Shown: positions 18,650-29,368, counted from the first letter of the stretch. The stretch is 64,000 nt of DNA from a candidate division FCPU426 bacterium (GCA_030637655.1 DAOWGI010000099.1:17414-81413); one strand, 5' to 3'. Program-made: numbers and translations. The notes: generated by a model not told the origin, from the letters alone.

Positions 18650-20521
18650 TTATTTTTTCCCCTTACGTTTGGGGCGTGTTTTCTCCAACTTATTAGAGAG
18701 TTTATTCACCGCGCGCTTATCACCCAGGGCTTGAGCGCTCTCCAGGAGCGTCACATCCGAATATTCAGCAAACGTTTGGGCAATTAAGCGGTTTGCCTCA
18801 TCTGAATCCGGCGATCCAATAAGGTGGGTAGCCACATCTCCGGAAATCCATTCATGCCGGCGACTCTCATTGGTCCGCAGTTTCGGATCATTGGCCACGG
18901 CCGCTTCAAAAGTCTTTAAATATTCGCTGCATTTTTCTTGTTGGGCGGCAAAAATATTGGTTATTAACTTTTCTTGTAAATTCGAACCTACAGTATCACC
19001 AATATATTTGTCTTTGGATAAATAGGCATTTATTAAATACAGCTGGTAGGCTTTCAGGGCAATCTCAGCTGCTTCACCGATACGCCCATTATCAACTTTG
19101 ATTTTTTTCTTCTGATTCTTCTGTTTTTTGTTGAACGCTTCAACATTGTCCAAACAGGCAGCAAACCATTCCTGACGTACCTTCACCAAGCACTCGCTAA
19201 TCTCAACTGGAATCGGACTGACTGCTTTCTCCCTGGAAGCAACAGGAGCAGCCGCTTTTTCCGGAGCTGCAGTTTCTACTGCCTTTTCAGCTTCCTGCTC
19301 AGCTGCAATTTTGGTTTCCTCTTCAAGGCGGCGAGCCTCTTTTTCTTCTTCCGCAGCTTGTCTGGCTTTATCTGCATCTGTTTCAGTTCGAGGTTCTTTC
19401 TCACCATTTTTCATATAATCAGGCCAACTAAATAAATCTTTGCCTGATTTACCCTCTTTATCTCTTTCAACAGTACCTTCTTCAGGTTGTGGTTTGGCCT
19501 CTGCTTCCGCCTTTTGCTTGGCCTCTGCTTCCGCCTTTTGCTTGGCCTCTGCTTCCGCCTTTTGCTTGGCCTCTGCTTCTGCCTTTTGCTTAGACTCTGC
19601 TTCTGCCTTTTGCTTGGCCTCTGCTTCCGCCTTTTGCTTGGCCTCTGCTTCCGCCTTTTGCTTAGACTCTGCTTCCGCCTTTTGCTTGGCCTCTGCTTCT
19701 GCCTTTTGCTTAGACTCTGCTTCCGCCTTTTGCTTCTTTTCTTCTTCCACTGCCTGCTTTTTCGCCTCTGCCTCAGCCTTTTGCTTAGACTCTGCCTCAG
19801 CCTTTTGCTTAGACTCTGCTTCTGCTCTCTTTTTCGCTGCTTCTTCTGCCTTTCGTTTGACTTCTTCCACAGCTTTTTTCTTAGCCTCAGACTCTGCCAC
19901 TTTTTTGGCCTCAACCTCAGCTTTCTTAGCCTCGTGAACCTTCTGTTTGACTGTTTCCACAGCCTTTTTAGCTGCTTCGAGTTTAAGTTTTACATCCTGC
20001 TCAGCCCTCTTAGCTGCTTCTCTCTTTTGTTTGACCTCTTCCACAGCCTTTTTCTTGGCTTCTTCATCTGTCAGTTTTTTCGCCTCTTCCTCGGCTTTTT
20101 TAGCTGCTACAGTTAATTTCCTGGCTTCTTCCGGCGCTTTTCTTGCCTCTTCTGCCAAGCGCTTGGCTTCAACTTCTGCTTGCTTGACTGCCTCGGCTTT
20201 GCGCGCAGCCTCATCGTGGGCTTTCTCAGTCAAGGTTTTGGTTACTCTGGAAGTAGGTGTTTTGGCAACAGCCTCACTGGATTTGCTGAAGATCGAAGGA
20301 ACTCCCACCTTGATGGCTTCGGTTGCTTTTTTTTCCGCTTCTGCTTTTTTCTTTATATCTTTGGCTTTGCCGGCATTGGCAGCAATAATTACCAAGCAAA
20401 TGCCCGTCGTCACTACCATAAGCAAAAAAGCCGCCCCAAAAGAAAGCAGCTTCATTCCCACCATGACAAACAGAACACCAATAATCATAAAAAGTGTTAG
20501 AACAACATTAGAAGTTCTCAC
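18650..20521 (-). CDS. Membrane protein with two N-terminal TM helices, TolA-like K/A/E stalk and helical C-terminal domain
   Basis: Hydrophobic N-terminus; KQKAEAE(A/S) repeats; GTG start with GGAGGAG RBS. Confidence 0.75.
   Translation of the reverse strand: MRTSNVVLTLFMIIGVLFVMVGMKLLSFGAAFLLMVVTTGICLVIIAANAGKAKDIKKKAEAEKKATEAIKVGVPSIFSKSSEAVAKTPTSRVTKTLTEKAHDEAARKAEAVKQAEVEAKRLAEEARKAPEEARKLTVAAKKAEEEAKKLTDEEAKKKAVEEVKQKREAAKRAEQDVKLKLEAAKKAVETVKQKVHEAKKAEVEAKKVAESEAKKKAVEEVKRKAEEAAKKRAEAESKQKAEAESKQKAEAEAKKQAVEEEKKQKAEAESKQKAEAEAKQKAEAESKQKAEAEAKQKAEAEAKQKAEAESKQKAEAEAKQKAEAEAKQKAEAEAKQKAEAEAKPQPEEGTVERDKEGKSGKDLFSWPDYMKNGEKEPRTETDADKARQAAEEEKEARRLEEETKIAAEQEAEKAVETAAPEKAAAPVASREKAVSPIPVEISECLVKVRQEWFAACLDNVEAFNKKQKNQKKKIKVDNGRIGEAAEIALKAYQLYLINAYLSKDKYIGDTVGSNLQEKLITNIFAAQQEKCSEYLKTFEAAVANDPKLRTNESRRHEWISGDVATHLIGSPDSDEANRLIAQTFAEYSDVTLLESAQALGDKRAVNKLSNKLEKTRPKRKGKK
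19494..19733 (-). repeat. Coding tandem repeat, 10 x 24 bp
   Basis: Unit TTGGCCTCTGCTTCCGCCTTTTGC and variants. Confidence 0.9.
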
Positions 20522-20666
20522 AGTATATTCTCCTCCACGTGCATAAATTCTTATGATGATAAATTATTTTTTTAAGTATCCCCTTCAGGGATCAGGAGCC
20601 TACACAACAGGCCTATTAATTTTATATGATTTAGGCAAAATATACAATCACAAATACCCCAACGCA

Positions 20667-20866
20667 GTAACAGGTCAGTGAAGCATTTTTTTAGTTTGTC
20701 ATTCCCGAACGGTTTAATCGGCCCCGACCGGAAAAGATATATAGGGACGCCTTCGGCAGGAATCTGGTTTTTTAAACCGTATCCCCGATACAAGCATTCG
20801 GGGATGACAGGGCGGGGGCTGCATTCACGGATGACAAACAAAAAAAACGCATGACTGAACTGTTAC
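20667..20866. mobile_element. MITE-like element, GTAAC family, cargo A, reverse orientation
   Basis: TIR GTAACAGGTCAGT / ACTGAACTGTTAC; reverse complement aligns to the 5905 copy plus an inserted module; no TSD. Confidence 0.8.
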
Positions 20867-21075
20867 GGATTCTTTCTATATTACTCTGGTTTTTTTACAA
20901 ACCTTCATGTAATATCTTTCATAATTCACGTTTGTGTTTCTATTCTTTTTGAGTTTCTTTCGGCAACATTTATTTATGAGTCAACGGGGATCAGTAATAA
21001 AATCGCCTGAGAATATGCTCTTTACTGACAAAGATTTTGGACGCGCATAGATCACTGATGCCTGGGGGGACTGGC

Positions 21076-22530
21076 ATGGATTTGATGTCCATCCTGGTGA
21101 TCGGCTACAATCTCTATCTGCTGATTACCATAATATTTCTGATACTGGATAACCGGGAAACCGCCTCGACCATTGCCTGGATATTCTTGTTCGTGATTTT
21201 TCCCGTGCTGGGATTCATTCTCTACATGCTAATCGGAAGAAACTGGCGGAAAAACCCGCGATCCGAGCAAATAATCCAGCACGTGCTGGGATCCCGGCTG
21301 GAAAAAAACTTCAAACCCTTTATTCGGCAGCAAGAGCGCGAAATGCGAAAATACGCCAAATTGTGGCGCCACCCGGCCTATAAACGCGAACTCATGCACT
21401 TGCTATACCAGAGCTCCCATTCCCTGCTGAGTACGCAAAACCAAGTGCGCGTGTTTTACGCGGGCCGGGACAAATTCTCCCGGCTCAAGCAGGACCTAAA
21501 AAACGCCAAGCACTTTATCCACCTGGAATACTTTATCTGGCGCGCGGACGAGACCACGCGGGCGATCAAGGACATCCTGACAGCCAAGGCCCGGGCCGGG
21601 GTCGAAGTACGAATCTTATATGATTTTCTGGGCAGTATATTTTTGGCACGAAAATATTTACGCGAGTTGCGCCGGGCCGGCGTACGGGCCTATCCCTTTT
21701 ACAATTTTCTGGCACCGTTCAAGCTGCACACCATGAATTACCGTAACCACCGGAAAATTGTTGTAATCGACGGCAAGATCGGGTACACCGGCGGCATGAA
21801 CATGGGACAGGAGTACATTGACGGCGGTAAGAAATTCCCGTCCTGGCGGGACACGCATCTGAGACTGGAAGGGCAGGTCGTGGCGCCCCTGCAGGCTGTG
21901 TTCGCCATTGACTGGTACAACACCACCAAGGAAGAGCTGTTCGCTCCGGAGTATTGCCTGCAAACCGTTTCTACGCGAAAAGTGCTTCCCCTGCAAATCA
22001 CCACCTCCGGACCGGACTCGGAGTGGCCGTCCATTGAGCAACTGTATTTCTGCATGATCAACTCGGCCCAGAAATACGTTTACATTCAAAGCCCGTATCT
22101 CGTGCCCAGTCCCAGTGTATACGCGGCGCTGAAAACCGCGGTACTGCGGGGCCTGGACGTGCGAATCAATATAGCGGGATTGCCGGATAAAAAAATACCC
22201 TACTGGGCCGCGTTTACTTATTTCGAGGACTTATTAAAGGCCGGTCTGCGCATATTTCATTACCAAAAAGGATTTCTGCACGCCAAGACCATTGCCATCG
22301 ACGGGGTCATGTGCTCCATCGGGACTGCCAACATGGACTTGCGGAGTTTCCGGCTCAATTATGAGCTGAACCTCCTGATCTACGACCGCCATCTAACTAC
22401 TGGAATGAAACGGCAGTTTCTGAAGGACCTTAAACATTCTCGGGAATTCACGCTTGAGGACTACTACCGGCTGGGATACTTGCGGCACTTCCGAAACTCC
22501 CTGTCTCGGCTACTGGCGCCGCTGCTGTAA
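21076..22530 (+). CDS. cls: Cardiolipin synthase
   Basis: Two N-terminal TMs; two HKD motifs (NHRKIVVIDG, LHAKTIAIDG). Confidence 0.95.
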   Translation: MDLMSILVIGYNLYLLITIIFLILDNRETASTIAWIFLFVIFPVLGFILYMLIGRNWRKNPRSEQIIQHVLGSRLEKNFKPFIRQQEREMRKYAKLWRHPAYKRELMHLLYQSSHSLLSTQNQVRVFYAGRDKFSRLKQDLKNAKHFIHLEYFIWRADETTRAIKDILTAKARAGVEVRILYDFLGSIFLARKYLRELRRAGVRAYPFYNFLAPFKLHTMNYRNHRKIVVIDGKIGYTGGMNMGQEYIDGGKKFPSWRDTHLRLEGQVVAPLQAVFAIDWYNTTKEELFAPEYCLQTVSTRKVLPLQITTSGPDSEWPSIEQLYFCMINSAQKYVYIQSPYLVPSPSVYAALKTAVLRGLDVRINIAGLPDKKIPYWAAFTYFEDLLKAGLRIFHYQKGFLHAKTIAIDGVMCSIGTANMDLRSFRLNYELNLLIYDRHLTTGMKRQFLKDLKHSREFTLEDYYRLGYLRHFRNSLSRLLAPLL

Positions 22531-22631
22531 TCTTTGCGTGGAACATTATCGCAAATCAAGCCACACATTCCGGAATATGTTTAAATGTGACCTGGTCTTT
22601 TGGGAATAGAAAGAGACATCCTATACCCATA

Positions 22632-22867
22632 GTAATATGTCAGTCATGGTTTTTTTTGTTTGTCATCCCCGAATGCTTGTATCCCCGATAAGAGCATTCG
22701 AGGACGGATACGGTTTAAAAAACCAGATTCCTGCCGAATGCGTCCCTATATATCTTTTCCGGTCGGGGCCGATTAAACCCTCGGGCTGCGTTAGCGTCCC
22801 TTTTCGATATTTTTCCGGTCGGGGAATGACAATCTTTGTTTAACTGCGCAGTTTACTGACATGTTAC
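22632..22867. mobile_element. MITE-like element, GTAAC family, cargo A with two inserted modules
   Basis: TIR GTAATATGTCAGT / ACTGACATGTTAC; aligns to 5905 and 20667 copies; no TSD. Confidence 0.8.
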
Positions 22868-23020
22868 TAAAAAATAAAAGATATCCTTGAATTCACGCAT
22901 AAAGCAAGGCATAATTGTTTTTCAGTTTTCAAAAAATAGTTTTTTCATTATTTTAAAGATATTTCCGGGACGCTTAAAACCTTGAGTTCCGGAGGTTGAT
23001 TCCAAGGAGGAAGCGCGCTA

Positions 23021-23971
23021 ATGTTCAGAGATAAAATTAAAATATTGGATTGTACGATTCGCGACGGAGGCTTAATCAACAATCATGATTTTGATCTCCG
23101 TTTTGTCCGCGAAGTTTACAAAGCAGTCAGTGCGGCAGGTGTGGATTATATTGAATTGGGGTACAAAAATTCAGACAAAATCTTTTCCCGCGATGAATAC
23201 GGGGCCTGGAAATTCTGCCAAGACGATGACATTAAAAAAGTTGTTGAGGGCATTGAATCCAAAACTAAAATCTCAGTCATGGGAGATATCGGCCGCGTGG
23301 ACATGGACAAAGTGTTGCCTGCCAAAGACAGCCCGATTGACATGATCCGTACTGCGGCTTATGTCAAGGACATTGACAAAGCAATTACCCATACCAACCA
23401 ATTCTCGGATTTGGGTTATGAAACCACCATCAATATCATGGCCATTTCCCGGGATCAGGGCCCGGAACTGGATGAAGCCTTGCATCAGATCGAAGCAGAA
23501 TGCCAAGCCAATGTGATCTATATTGTGGACAGTTTCGGTCACCTATATCAGGAATCCGTGGAAAACCTGGTTAAACGTTTTAAAACTATTCTAAAAACCA
23601 AGGAAGTCGGCTTTCATGGCCACAATAATCTGCAACTCGCTTTCAGCAATACCATTGAGGCCATTATTCATGATGCCAATTATCTGGATGCAACTGTGTA
23701 TGGTATTGGCCGTGCGGCAGGCAACTGTACCTTGGAACTCTTGCTGGGATTTCTGAAAAATCCCAAATTTGATCTGCGCCCAATTTTGGAGCTTATTTCT
23801 AAAGAATTCCTCCCACTGCGCAACCAGATCGAATGGGGTTATATCATTCCCTATGCCCTTGCCGGCATATTCAATGAGCACCCCAAAGCAGCTATGGCTC
23901 TGCGCAATGGCGATAAAAAAGATAATTACCGGGAATTTTACGAAAATCTGATTTCCCCGGAAGTGGAATAA
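23021..23971 (+). CDS. DRE-TIM (HMGL-like) aldolase, 4-hydroxy-2-oxovalerate aldolase-like
   Basis: LDCTIRDGG, IVDSFG, FHGHNN, GIGRAAGN. Confidence 0.85.
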   Translation: MFRDKIKILDCTIRDGGLINNHDFDLRFVREVYKAVSAAGVDYIELGYKNSDKIFSRDEYGAWKFCQDDDIKKVVEGIESKTKISVMGDIGRVDMDKVLPAKDSPIDMIRTAAYVKDIDKAITHTNQFSDLGYETTINIMAISRDQGPELDEALHQIEAECQANVIYIVDSFGHLYQESVENLVKRFKTILKTKEVGFHGHNNLQLAFSNTIEAIIHDANYLDATVYGIGRAAGNCTLELLLGFLKNPKFDLRPILELISKEFLPLRNQIEWGYIIPYALAGIFNEHPKAAMALRNGDKKDNYREFYENLISPEVE

Positions 23972-24604
23972 ATGGATGTCCAGGCGTTCAGACAATTGCC
24001 CTTGCTGGGAATCTTGCGGGATATATCCCCTGAACACCTGTGTCCGCTCATTGAAGCGATTTGCGCCGGCGGCCTGAAAACCATTGAAATCACTATGAAC
24101 ACTTCCGGCGCGCCTGAACTCATTCACAAAGCCGGACAGCTGGCCAATGGCCGTCTGACCATCGGTGCCGGCACGGTCCTTAACATGGATATGCTGCGCC
24201 CGGCCCTGCAAGCCGGCGCCTCGTTCATTGTCATGCCGACAGTGGTGGATGATGTGGCCGTGTTTTGCCTGGAAAACAAAATTCCTTTTTTCCCCGGCGC
24301 TTTAACCCCTCAAGAAATTTTCACTGCCTGGCAAACCAACCCGGTGATGGTCAAAGTTTTTCCTGCCAAATTTTTCGGACCTGAGTATTTCAAGGAAATC
24401 AAAGGTCCCTTCAATGCCATTGAACTCCTGGCCTGTGGTGGTGTGACCCCGGATAATCTGGCTGATTATGCCCGCTGCGGAGCCGGCGCTTATGCGCTCG
24501 GCAAGAGCGTATTTAAAAAAGAATGGCTGCAAGCAGGTGAGTTCGGAAAAATTTCAGATCTCATCAAACAATACATCATCGCGTATAAAAACACCCAAAA
24601 ATAA
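23972..24604 (+). CDS. eda: KDPG/KHG aldolase
   Basis: IEITMN, IGAGTVL, PGALTPQE, VKVFPA, GGV. Confidence 0.9.
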   Translation: MDVQAFRQLPLLGILRDISPEHLCPLIEAICAGGLKTIEITMNTSGAPELIHKAGQLANGRLTIGAGTVLNMDMLRPALQAGASFIVMPTVVDDVAVFCLENKIPFFPGALTPQEIFTAWQTNPVMVKVFPAKFFGPEYFKEIKGPFNAIELLACGGVTPDNLADYARCGAGAYALGKSVFKKEWLQAGEFGKISDLIKQYIIAYKNTQK

Positions 24605-24613
24605 TCTGCATTT

Positions 24614-25636
24614 CTAACAAATCCGGGGCAGCAGTTCACCCATTGGCATATCAATCACGCGCTCCCCGCCCAGCTTGGTATGCAGGAGTACCGTACCCCG
24701 GGGATCGGAAAGCACAGTGCCAATCCGGCAGGCAGCGCGCCCCTGGGGGTGCGCTCTTAATTTTTCAATACACAGGCAAGCATCTTCAGCCGGGCAGAGC
24801 AGCAGCGCTTTGCCTTCGTTGGCCATATACAAAGGATCAAGACCCAACAAATCACAAACCCCCTGCACCTCTTTTTTGATTGGTAATTTGTTTTCCTCAA
24901 TCCGGATACCCACCTCTGAAGCTTGGGCAATATCACACAAAGCGGCAGCCACACCGCCCCGGGTCGGATCACGCAACACATGCACTTTGGGCAAAGATTC
25001 AAAGACCGGTTCCAGCAAATCCCACAAAGGAGCTACATCACTTTCCAAAGAGGACTGCAAAGTCAATCCTTCCCGCTGACTCATAATGGCAATGCCATGA
25101 TCTCCCATGCTCCCGGTCAGAATCACCGCGTCTCCGGGTACCGCCTGGCTGCAATGCGGATTCTCTTTAAGCCTACGGATACCAATGCCTGAAGTATTAA
25201 TAAACACACCATTTCCATGGCCGCGTTCCACCACTTTAGTATCGCCGGTAACCAAGGTAACATCAGTTGTTTTTAGTACAGCTGCCATAGAGAACATGAT
25301 TTTTTCCAACTCTGCCACAGGATAGCCTTCTTCCAGAATCAAACCCAGGCTGAGGTAGAGCGGTTTGGCTCCTTGCATTACCACATCATTAATCGTACCG
25401 CAGGCAGCCAGTTTTCCAATATCACCGCCGGGAAACTGCAAAGGATTCACCACATAGGAGTCTGTGGTAAAAACTATTTCATTGCGCGGCAGATCCAAAA
25501 CCGCGCCATCATCCATTTGCCGCAAGATCGGATTATCAAAATATTTTACAATGACATCACGAATGAGTTGTTGGGTGAGCCGACCGCCCCCACCATGCGA
25601 GAGCAGTATTATTTTTTCTGATTTCTTCCCGTCCAT
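24614..25636 (-). CDS. hypE: Hydrogenase maturation protein HypE
   Basis: HGGGG, TTDSYVV, RDPTRGG, C-terminal LPRIC. Confidence 0.97.
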   Translation of the reverse strand: MDGKKSEKIILLSHGGGGRLTQQLIRDVIVKYFDNPILRQMDDGAVLDLPRNEIVFTTDSYVVNPLQFPGGDIGKLAACGTINDVVMQGAKPLYLSLGLILEEGYPVAELEKIMFSMAAVLKTTDVTLVTGDTKVVERGHGNGVFINTSGIGIRRLKENPHCSQAVPGDAVILTGSMGDHGIAIMSQREGLTLQSSLESDVAPLWDLLEPVFESLPKVHVLRDPTRGGVAAALCDIAQASEVGIRIEENKLPIKKEVQGVCDLLGLDPLYMANEGKALLLCPAEDACLCIEKLRAHPQGRAACRIGTVLSDPRGTVLLHTKLGGERVIDMPMGELLPRIC

Positions 25637-26715
25637 TACACCTTCCTCTGTTTCTGAGCATATTTATAATAAGCCGCGCAGGTTCCTTCGTTGGAGACCA
25701 TGCAAGCGCCGATGGGATTAGCCGGGGTACAGGCTTTCTGAAACAAGGGACATTCAAACGGAATGCAAACTCCGCGCAAAATTTCTCCGCAGCGGCACCC
25801 AATGGGTTCAGGCGCAGCTAGTTTTTCTTGTAAAAACGCAAATTTGTTTTCAGCCGCATAGTCCGCATACTTAGCGCGAATCTGCAAACCACTGCCGGAA
25901 ATAACTCCCAAACCCCGCCACTTGGCATCACAGGGCTCAAAAATTTCCGCGAGTAGCGCTTGGGCCGCCTGGTTTCCTTTTTCTTTTACACTGCGCTGGT
26001 ATTGATTCTCCACCTCTGAGCGGCCTTCTGCGCACTGTTGCACCAGCATGGTAATGGCTTGAAAAATATCCAAAGGTTCAAATCCAGCCACCACACACGG
26101 CGTTTTATATTCTTCAGCAATGAAGGTATACAATTTTGTTCCGGTAATCACACTCACATGACCAGGGCAAACAAACCCGTCAATCCGCACCTCTTTGCTT
26201 TGCAGCAAAGCAGCCATAGCTTGGGGCATAGTTTTATGCGCGCAAAACACTGAGTAATTGGCAAGCTTCTTCTCAGCCGCAGCTTGAATGGTCCACGCCA
26301 CAGTTGGAGCAGTAGTCTCAAAACCAACACCTAAAAAGACTACTTGCTTATCTGAGTACTTTTCAGCAGCGAGCACCGCATCCACTGGTGAGTAAACCAC
26401 CAATATATCCGCGCCTTGCGCCCGGGCAATTTCCAGAGAACCCAGATTTCCCGGCACACGCAGCATATCCCCAAAGGTGGCTATCATCACATTCGGTTCC
26501 GCGGTCAAACGAATAACATGATCAATATAATCCCCGGCTGTCACACAGACCGGACAGCCGGGTCCGGAAAGCAGATTTACATTCTCCGGCAAAAACGAGC
26601 GCAGACCAGCCCTGAAAGCTGCCATGGTATGCGTACCGCAGACCTCCATCAGCTTTAAGGGGCGGTCGATTTGTTTGGCCCAATGGCGCAAATTCTCTTT
26701 TATTTCTTTAAACAT
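25636..26715 (-). CDS. hypD: Hydrogenase maturation protein HypD
   Basis: MEVCGTHT, GPGCPVC, GFETTAP, PGHVS, CMVSNEGTC. Confidence 0.97.
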   Translation of the reverse strand: MFKEIKENLRHWAKQIDRPLKLMEVCGTHTMAAFRAGLRSFLPENVNLLSGPGCPVCVTAGDYIDHVIRLTAEPNVMIATFGDMLRVPGNLGSLEIARAQGADILVVYSPVDAVLAAEKYSDKQVVFLGVGFETTAPTVAWTIQAAAEKKLANYSVFCAHKTMPQAMAALLQSKEVRIDGFVCPGHVSVITGTKLYTFIAEEYKTPCVVAGFEPLDIFQAITMLVQQCAEGRSEVENQYQRSVKEKGNQAAQALLAEIFEPCDAKWRGLGVISGSGLQIRAKYADYAAENKFAFLQEKLAAPEPIGCRCGEILRGVCIPFECPLFQKACTPANPIGACMVSNEGTCAAYYKYAQKQRKV

Positions 26716-26725
26716 CAGTCATTCC

Positions 26726-26956
26726 CTATTCGGCTTTCTCATCCATAGCATTCATTTCTTCCATAATGGCATGGTATTCCGCCACATCAGCTTCCGACCA
26801 TTTTTGAATCGCAAACCCGGCATGTACTAAAACATAATCACCCACTTCAGGATTTTGCAGTAAATTGACCTGGACCGGACGCCGGACCCCATGCATATCC
26901 ACTACCGCCTGAGTTCCTTCCAGTTCAACAATTTGTACTGGTATAGCCAGACACAT
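26726..26956 (-). CDS. hypC: Hydrogenase chaperone HypC
   Basis: MCLAIP...GDYVLVHAGFA. Confidence 0.97.
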   Translation of the reverse strand: MCLAIPVQIVELEGTQAVVDMHGVRRPVQVNLLQNPEVGDYVLVHAGFAIQKWSEADVAEYHAIMEEMNAMDEKAE

Positions 26957-26970
26957 TACTTACTCCTTAC

Positions 26971-27029
26971 GGGCGAACGCTAGGTTCGCCCCTACGGTTT
27001 TAGGGGCAGACACACGGGTCTGCCCCTAC
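26971..27029. repeat. Two REP palindromes; the second contains the hypF stop
   Basis: GGGCGAAC..GTTCGCCCCTAC and TAGGGGCAGAC..GTCTGCCCCTAC. Confidence 0.8.
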
Positions 27030-29320
27030 GACTTTAACTTCGTTCCGCATTTTGCCAAACCAATTGCCGCCTGGCCCACGGACACTCCGCCGTCATTGGG
27101 CGGAACTAAGTGATGACTATACACTGCAAACCCCTGTTGCCTCAACCTTTTCGTTAATTGTCGGAGCAGAAAATCATTTTGGAAAACACCACCGGACAAT
27201 ACAACTTTACTTAACCCTGTTTCTGTTCTGATTTGTTCACACTCAACAGCCAACGCTGTAACCAGTGTATTGTGAAATTTTGTTGCTATCTGGGACAATG
27301 GTCGTCCGGCTTGAATGTCTGCAATGATTTTTTTTATCATGGGAGCAAAAGAGAGCACAGTCGCTTCGGGTTCCAATTCCAAGGCATACGGATAATGCGC
27401 ATGTACACTGGTGTCCACCAGGGATTGCAGGCGAATGGCTGCCTGCCCCTCATAGGTTACTGTATCACAGAGTCCCATTATGGCGGCCACAACATCAAAC
27501 AATCGCCCGGCACTGGAGGTCAGTGGCGAGTGTGCTTTTTGCTCCAACATGCTCTTCAGGGTCCGGCACTGTTCTGTAGAGAGACTGGGCAGCAGCGCCT
27601 GCGCGTCCTCCGGCGTTTGAGAAACATCAGCCAACACATAGCTCAATGCCATGCGATCCGGATGCAGAATCGCTTGCTCACCACCTGGCATGCGATAAGT
27701 TTTGAAGTGGGCTTTCCGTTCAAATGTTTTATAATCCGCCAGTATAATTTCTCCTCCCCAGAGCGTTTCATCCGGTCCGAAACCCGTGCCATCCAAAGCA
27801 ATACCAATCACTTTCTCATCCAATTGGTGCTCCAACATACAGGCCGCAATATGCGCATGATGGTGCTGCACTGCGATTTTCCAGGATATCTTAGTCTTCA
27901 AAGCAAAACGCGTGGAAAAATAATCCGGATGCATATCATGCACTATTACTTCCGGTTGGATGTGCTGCAAATCACAGAGATTCCTCATTTGCTCCTGATA
28001 CAGATGTTGAACGGCCAACAAAGACAAATCTCCCATATGGGAAGAAGGATAAATACACTGCTTCCGGGTTAAGCAAAAGGTGTTTTTCAAATCCGCGCCA
28101 GTAGCCACTAGTGAGGGTCCCTGATATACCGCCGTCAAACTCCGCGGAACAAAACCGCGTGCCCGGCGATAGAACAAACGTTTCTCCTCCACTATTTTCA
28201 GCACTGAATCATCGCAATGCCTGGCAATAGGCCGGTCATGAGTCAAGGCGTAGTCGGCAATGGGACCGAGTATTTTTTCCAATTCCCGCTCATTCGTGAC
28301 CATAGGTTCCTCGGATGGATTAGCGCTGGTCATAATCAGCGGACTCATTTTTTTCAAGAGAAGATGATGAATCGGCGTGTAGGGCAAAAAAACACCTACA
28401 TCCTGGGTATCCGGCGAGACCGCCTGGGGCAATCCTTGCTCAGCTAAGCGCTCCAGCACAACAATGGGCCGGGCATAGGATTGAAGTTCCTCAGCCTCTT
28501 TTTCCTTGACCCGGCAGTGGGCTTTGATCTGTTTAAGGTCAACAAACATAACTGCCAAGGACTTGTACGGGCGATGTTTGCGTTCACGCAAGGTCTCTAT
28601 CACATCCGCTCGGGTTGCATCGCAAGCCAGATGATAACCACCCAGGCCTTTGATAGCCAAAATTTTTCCAACACGCAGCAATTCCACTGCTTTGGCCATC
28701 GGATCTTTATCATATACTTGCCGGTCTGCTGAAATTAACTGGAGTTGCGGCCCACAGTTCGGGCAGGCATTGGGCTGCGACTCAAAACGCCGATCACGCG
28801 GATCATTAAATTCACGCGCGCATTTCGCGCATAAAGGAAATTTGTCCATGGTGGTCCGTTTACGGTCATAAGGCAAATCCTGAATAATGGTAAAACGCGG
28901 GCCGCAATTCAAACAATTTATAAAAGGATATTGATAACGCCGATCGTTTTCAGCAAACAACTCGTGTTCACAATCTTTACAGGTAGCCACATCCGGCGGA
29001 AAGGTAATGCTGGTTTCTCCCTCTAACTCGCTGGGAATAATAAGAAATTCAATCTCAGCCTGCAACGCAATTTCATCAGCCTCAAGCTGCTCAATCCGGG
29101 CCAAAGGCGGTGGTGCCATGGTCAGAGTTTGGAAAAAAAGATCGATTTGATCCGAATCGCCCTGTAATTCAAGTTGCACACCTTGTGGTGTATTGTAGAC
29201 AAATCCGGTCAGACCCAGATGCTTGGCCTCACGATACACCCAAGGCCGAAATCCCACTCCCTGGATCCGGCCTTGAATGAACGCGCGAACTCTTTTTTTT
29301 CCAACCACAGATTGACTCAT
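27026..29320 (-). CDS. hypF: Carbamoyltransferase HypF
   Basis: QGVGFRP acylphosphatase domain; CxxC zinc fingers; KGLGGYHLAC, QHHHAH, DGTGFG, NDGG. Confidence 0.97.
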   Translation of the reverse strand: MSQSVVGKKRVRAFIQGRIQGVGFRPWVYREAKHLGLTGFVYNTPQGVQLELQGDSDQIDLFFQTLTMAPPPLARIEQLEADEIALQAEIEFLIIPSELEGETSITFPPDVATCKDCEHELFAENDRRYQYPFINCLNCGPRFTIIQDLPYDRKRTTMDKFPLCAKCAREFNDPRDRRFESQPNACPNCGPQLQLISADRQVYDKDPMAKAVELLRVGKILAIKGLGGYHLACDATRADVIETLRERKHRPYKSLAVMFVDLKQIKAHCRVKEKEAEELQSYARPIVVLERLAEQGLPQAVSPDTQDVGVFLPYTPIHHLLLKKMSPLIMTSANPSEEPMVTNERELEKILGPIADYALTHDRPIARHCDDSVLKIVEEKRLFYRRARGFVPRSLTAVYQGPSLVATGADLKNTFCLTRKQCIYPSSHMGDLSLLAVQHLYQEQMRNLCDLQHIQPEVIVHDMHPDYFSTRFALKTKISWKIAVQHHHAHIAACMLEHQLDEKVIGIALDGTGFGPDETLWGGEIILADYKTFERKAHFKTYRMPGGEQAILHPDRMALSYVLADVSQTPEDAQALLPSLSTEQCRTLKSMLEQKAHSPLTSSAGRLFDVVAAIMGLCDTVTYEGQAAIRLQSLVDTSVHAHYPYALELEPEATVLSFAPMIKKIIADIQAGRPLSQIATKFHNTLVTALAVECEQIRTETGLSKVVLSGGVFQNDFLLRQLTKRLRQQGFAVYSHHLVPPNDGGVSVGQAAIGLAKCGTKLKS

Positions 29321-29341
29321 CTTTGACTATTCCTTTGTCTG

Positions 29342-29366
29342 GTGGGCGAGGGCACCTCGCCCCTAC
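29342..29366. repeat. REP palindrome
   Basis: GTGGGCGAGGGCACCTCGCCCCTAC. Confidence 0.75.
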
Positions 29367-29368
29367 AT

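Noticed and set aside
20572-20841. Similar small ORFs (5801-6022, 20572-20841, 22637-22843; 54662-55051, 56886-57068)
   Set aside because: Translations of the repeat elements, with inconsistent starts and frames
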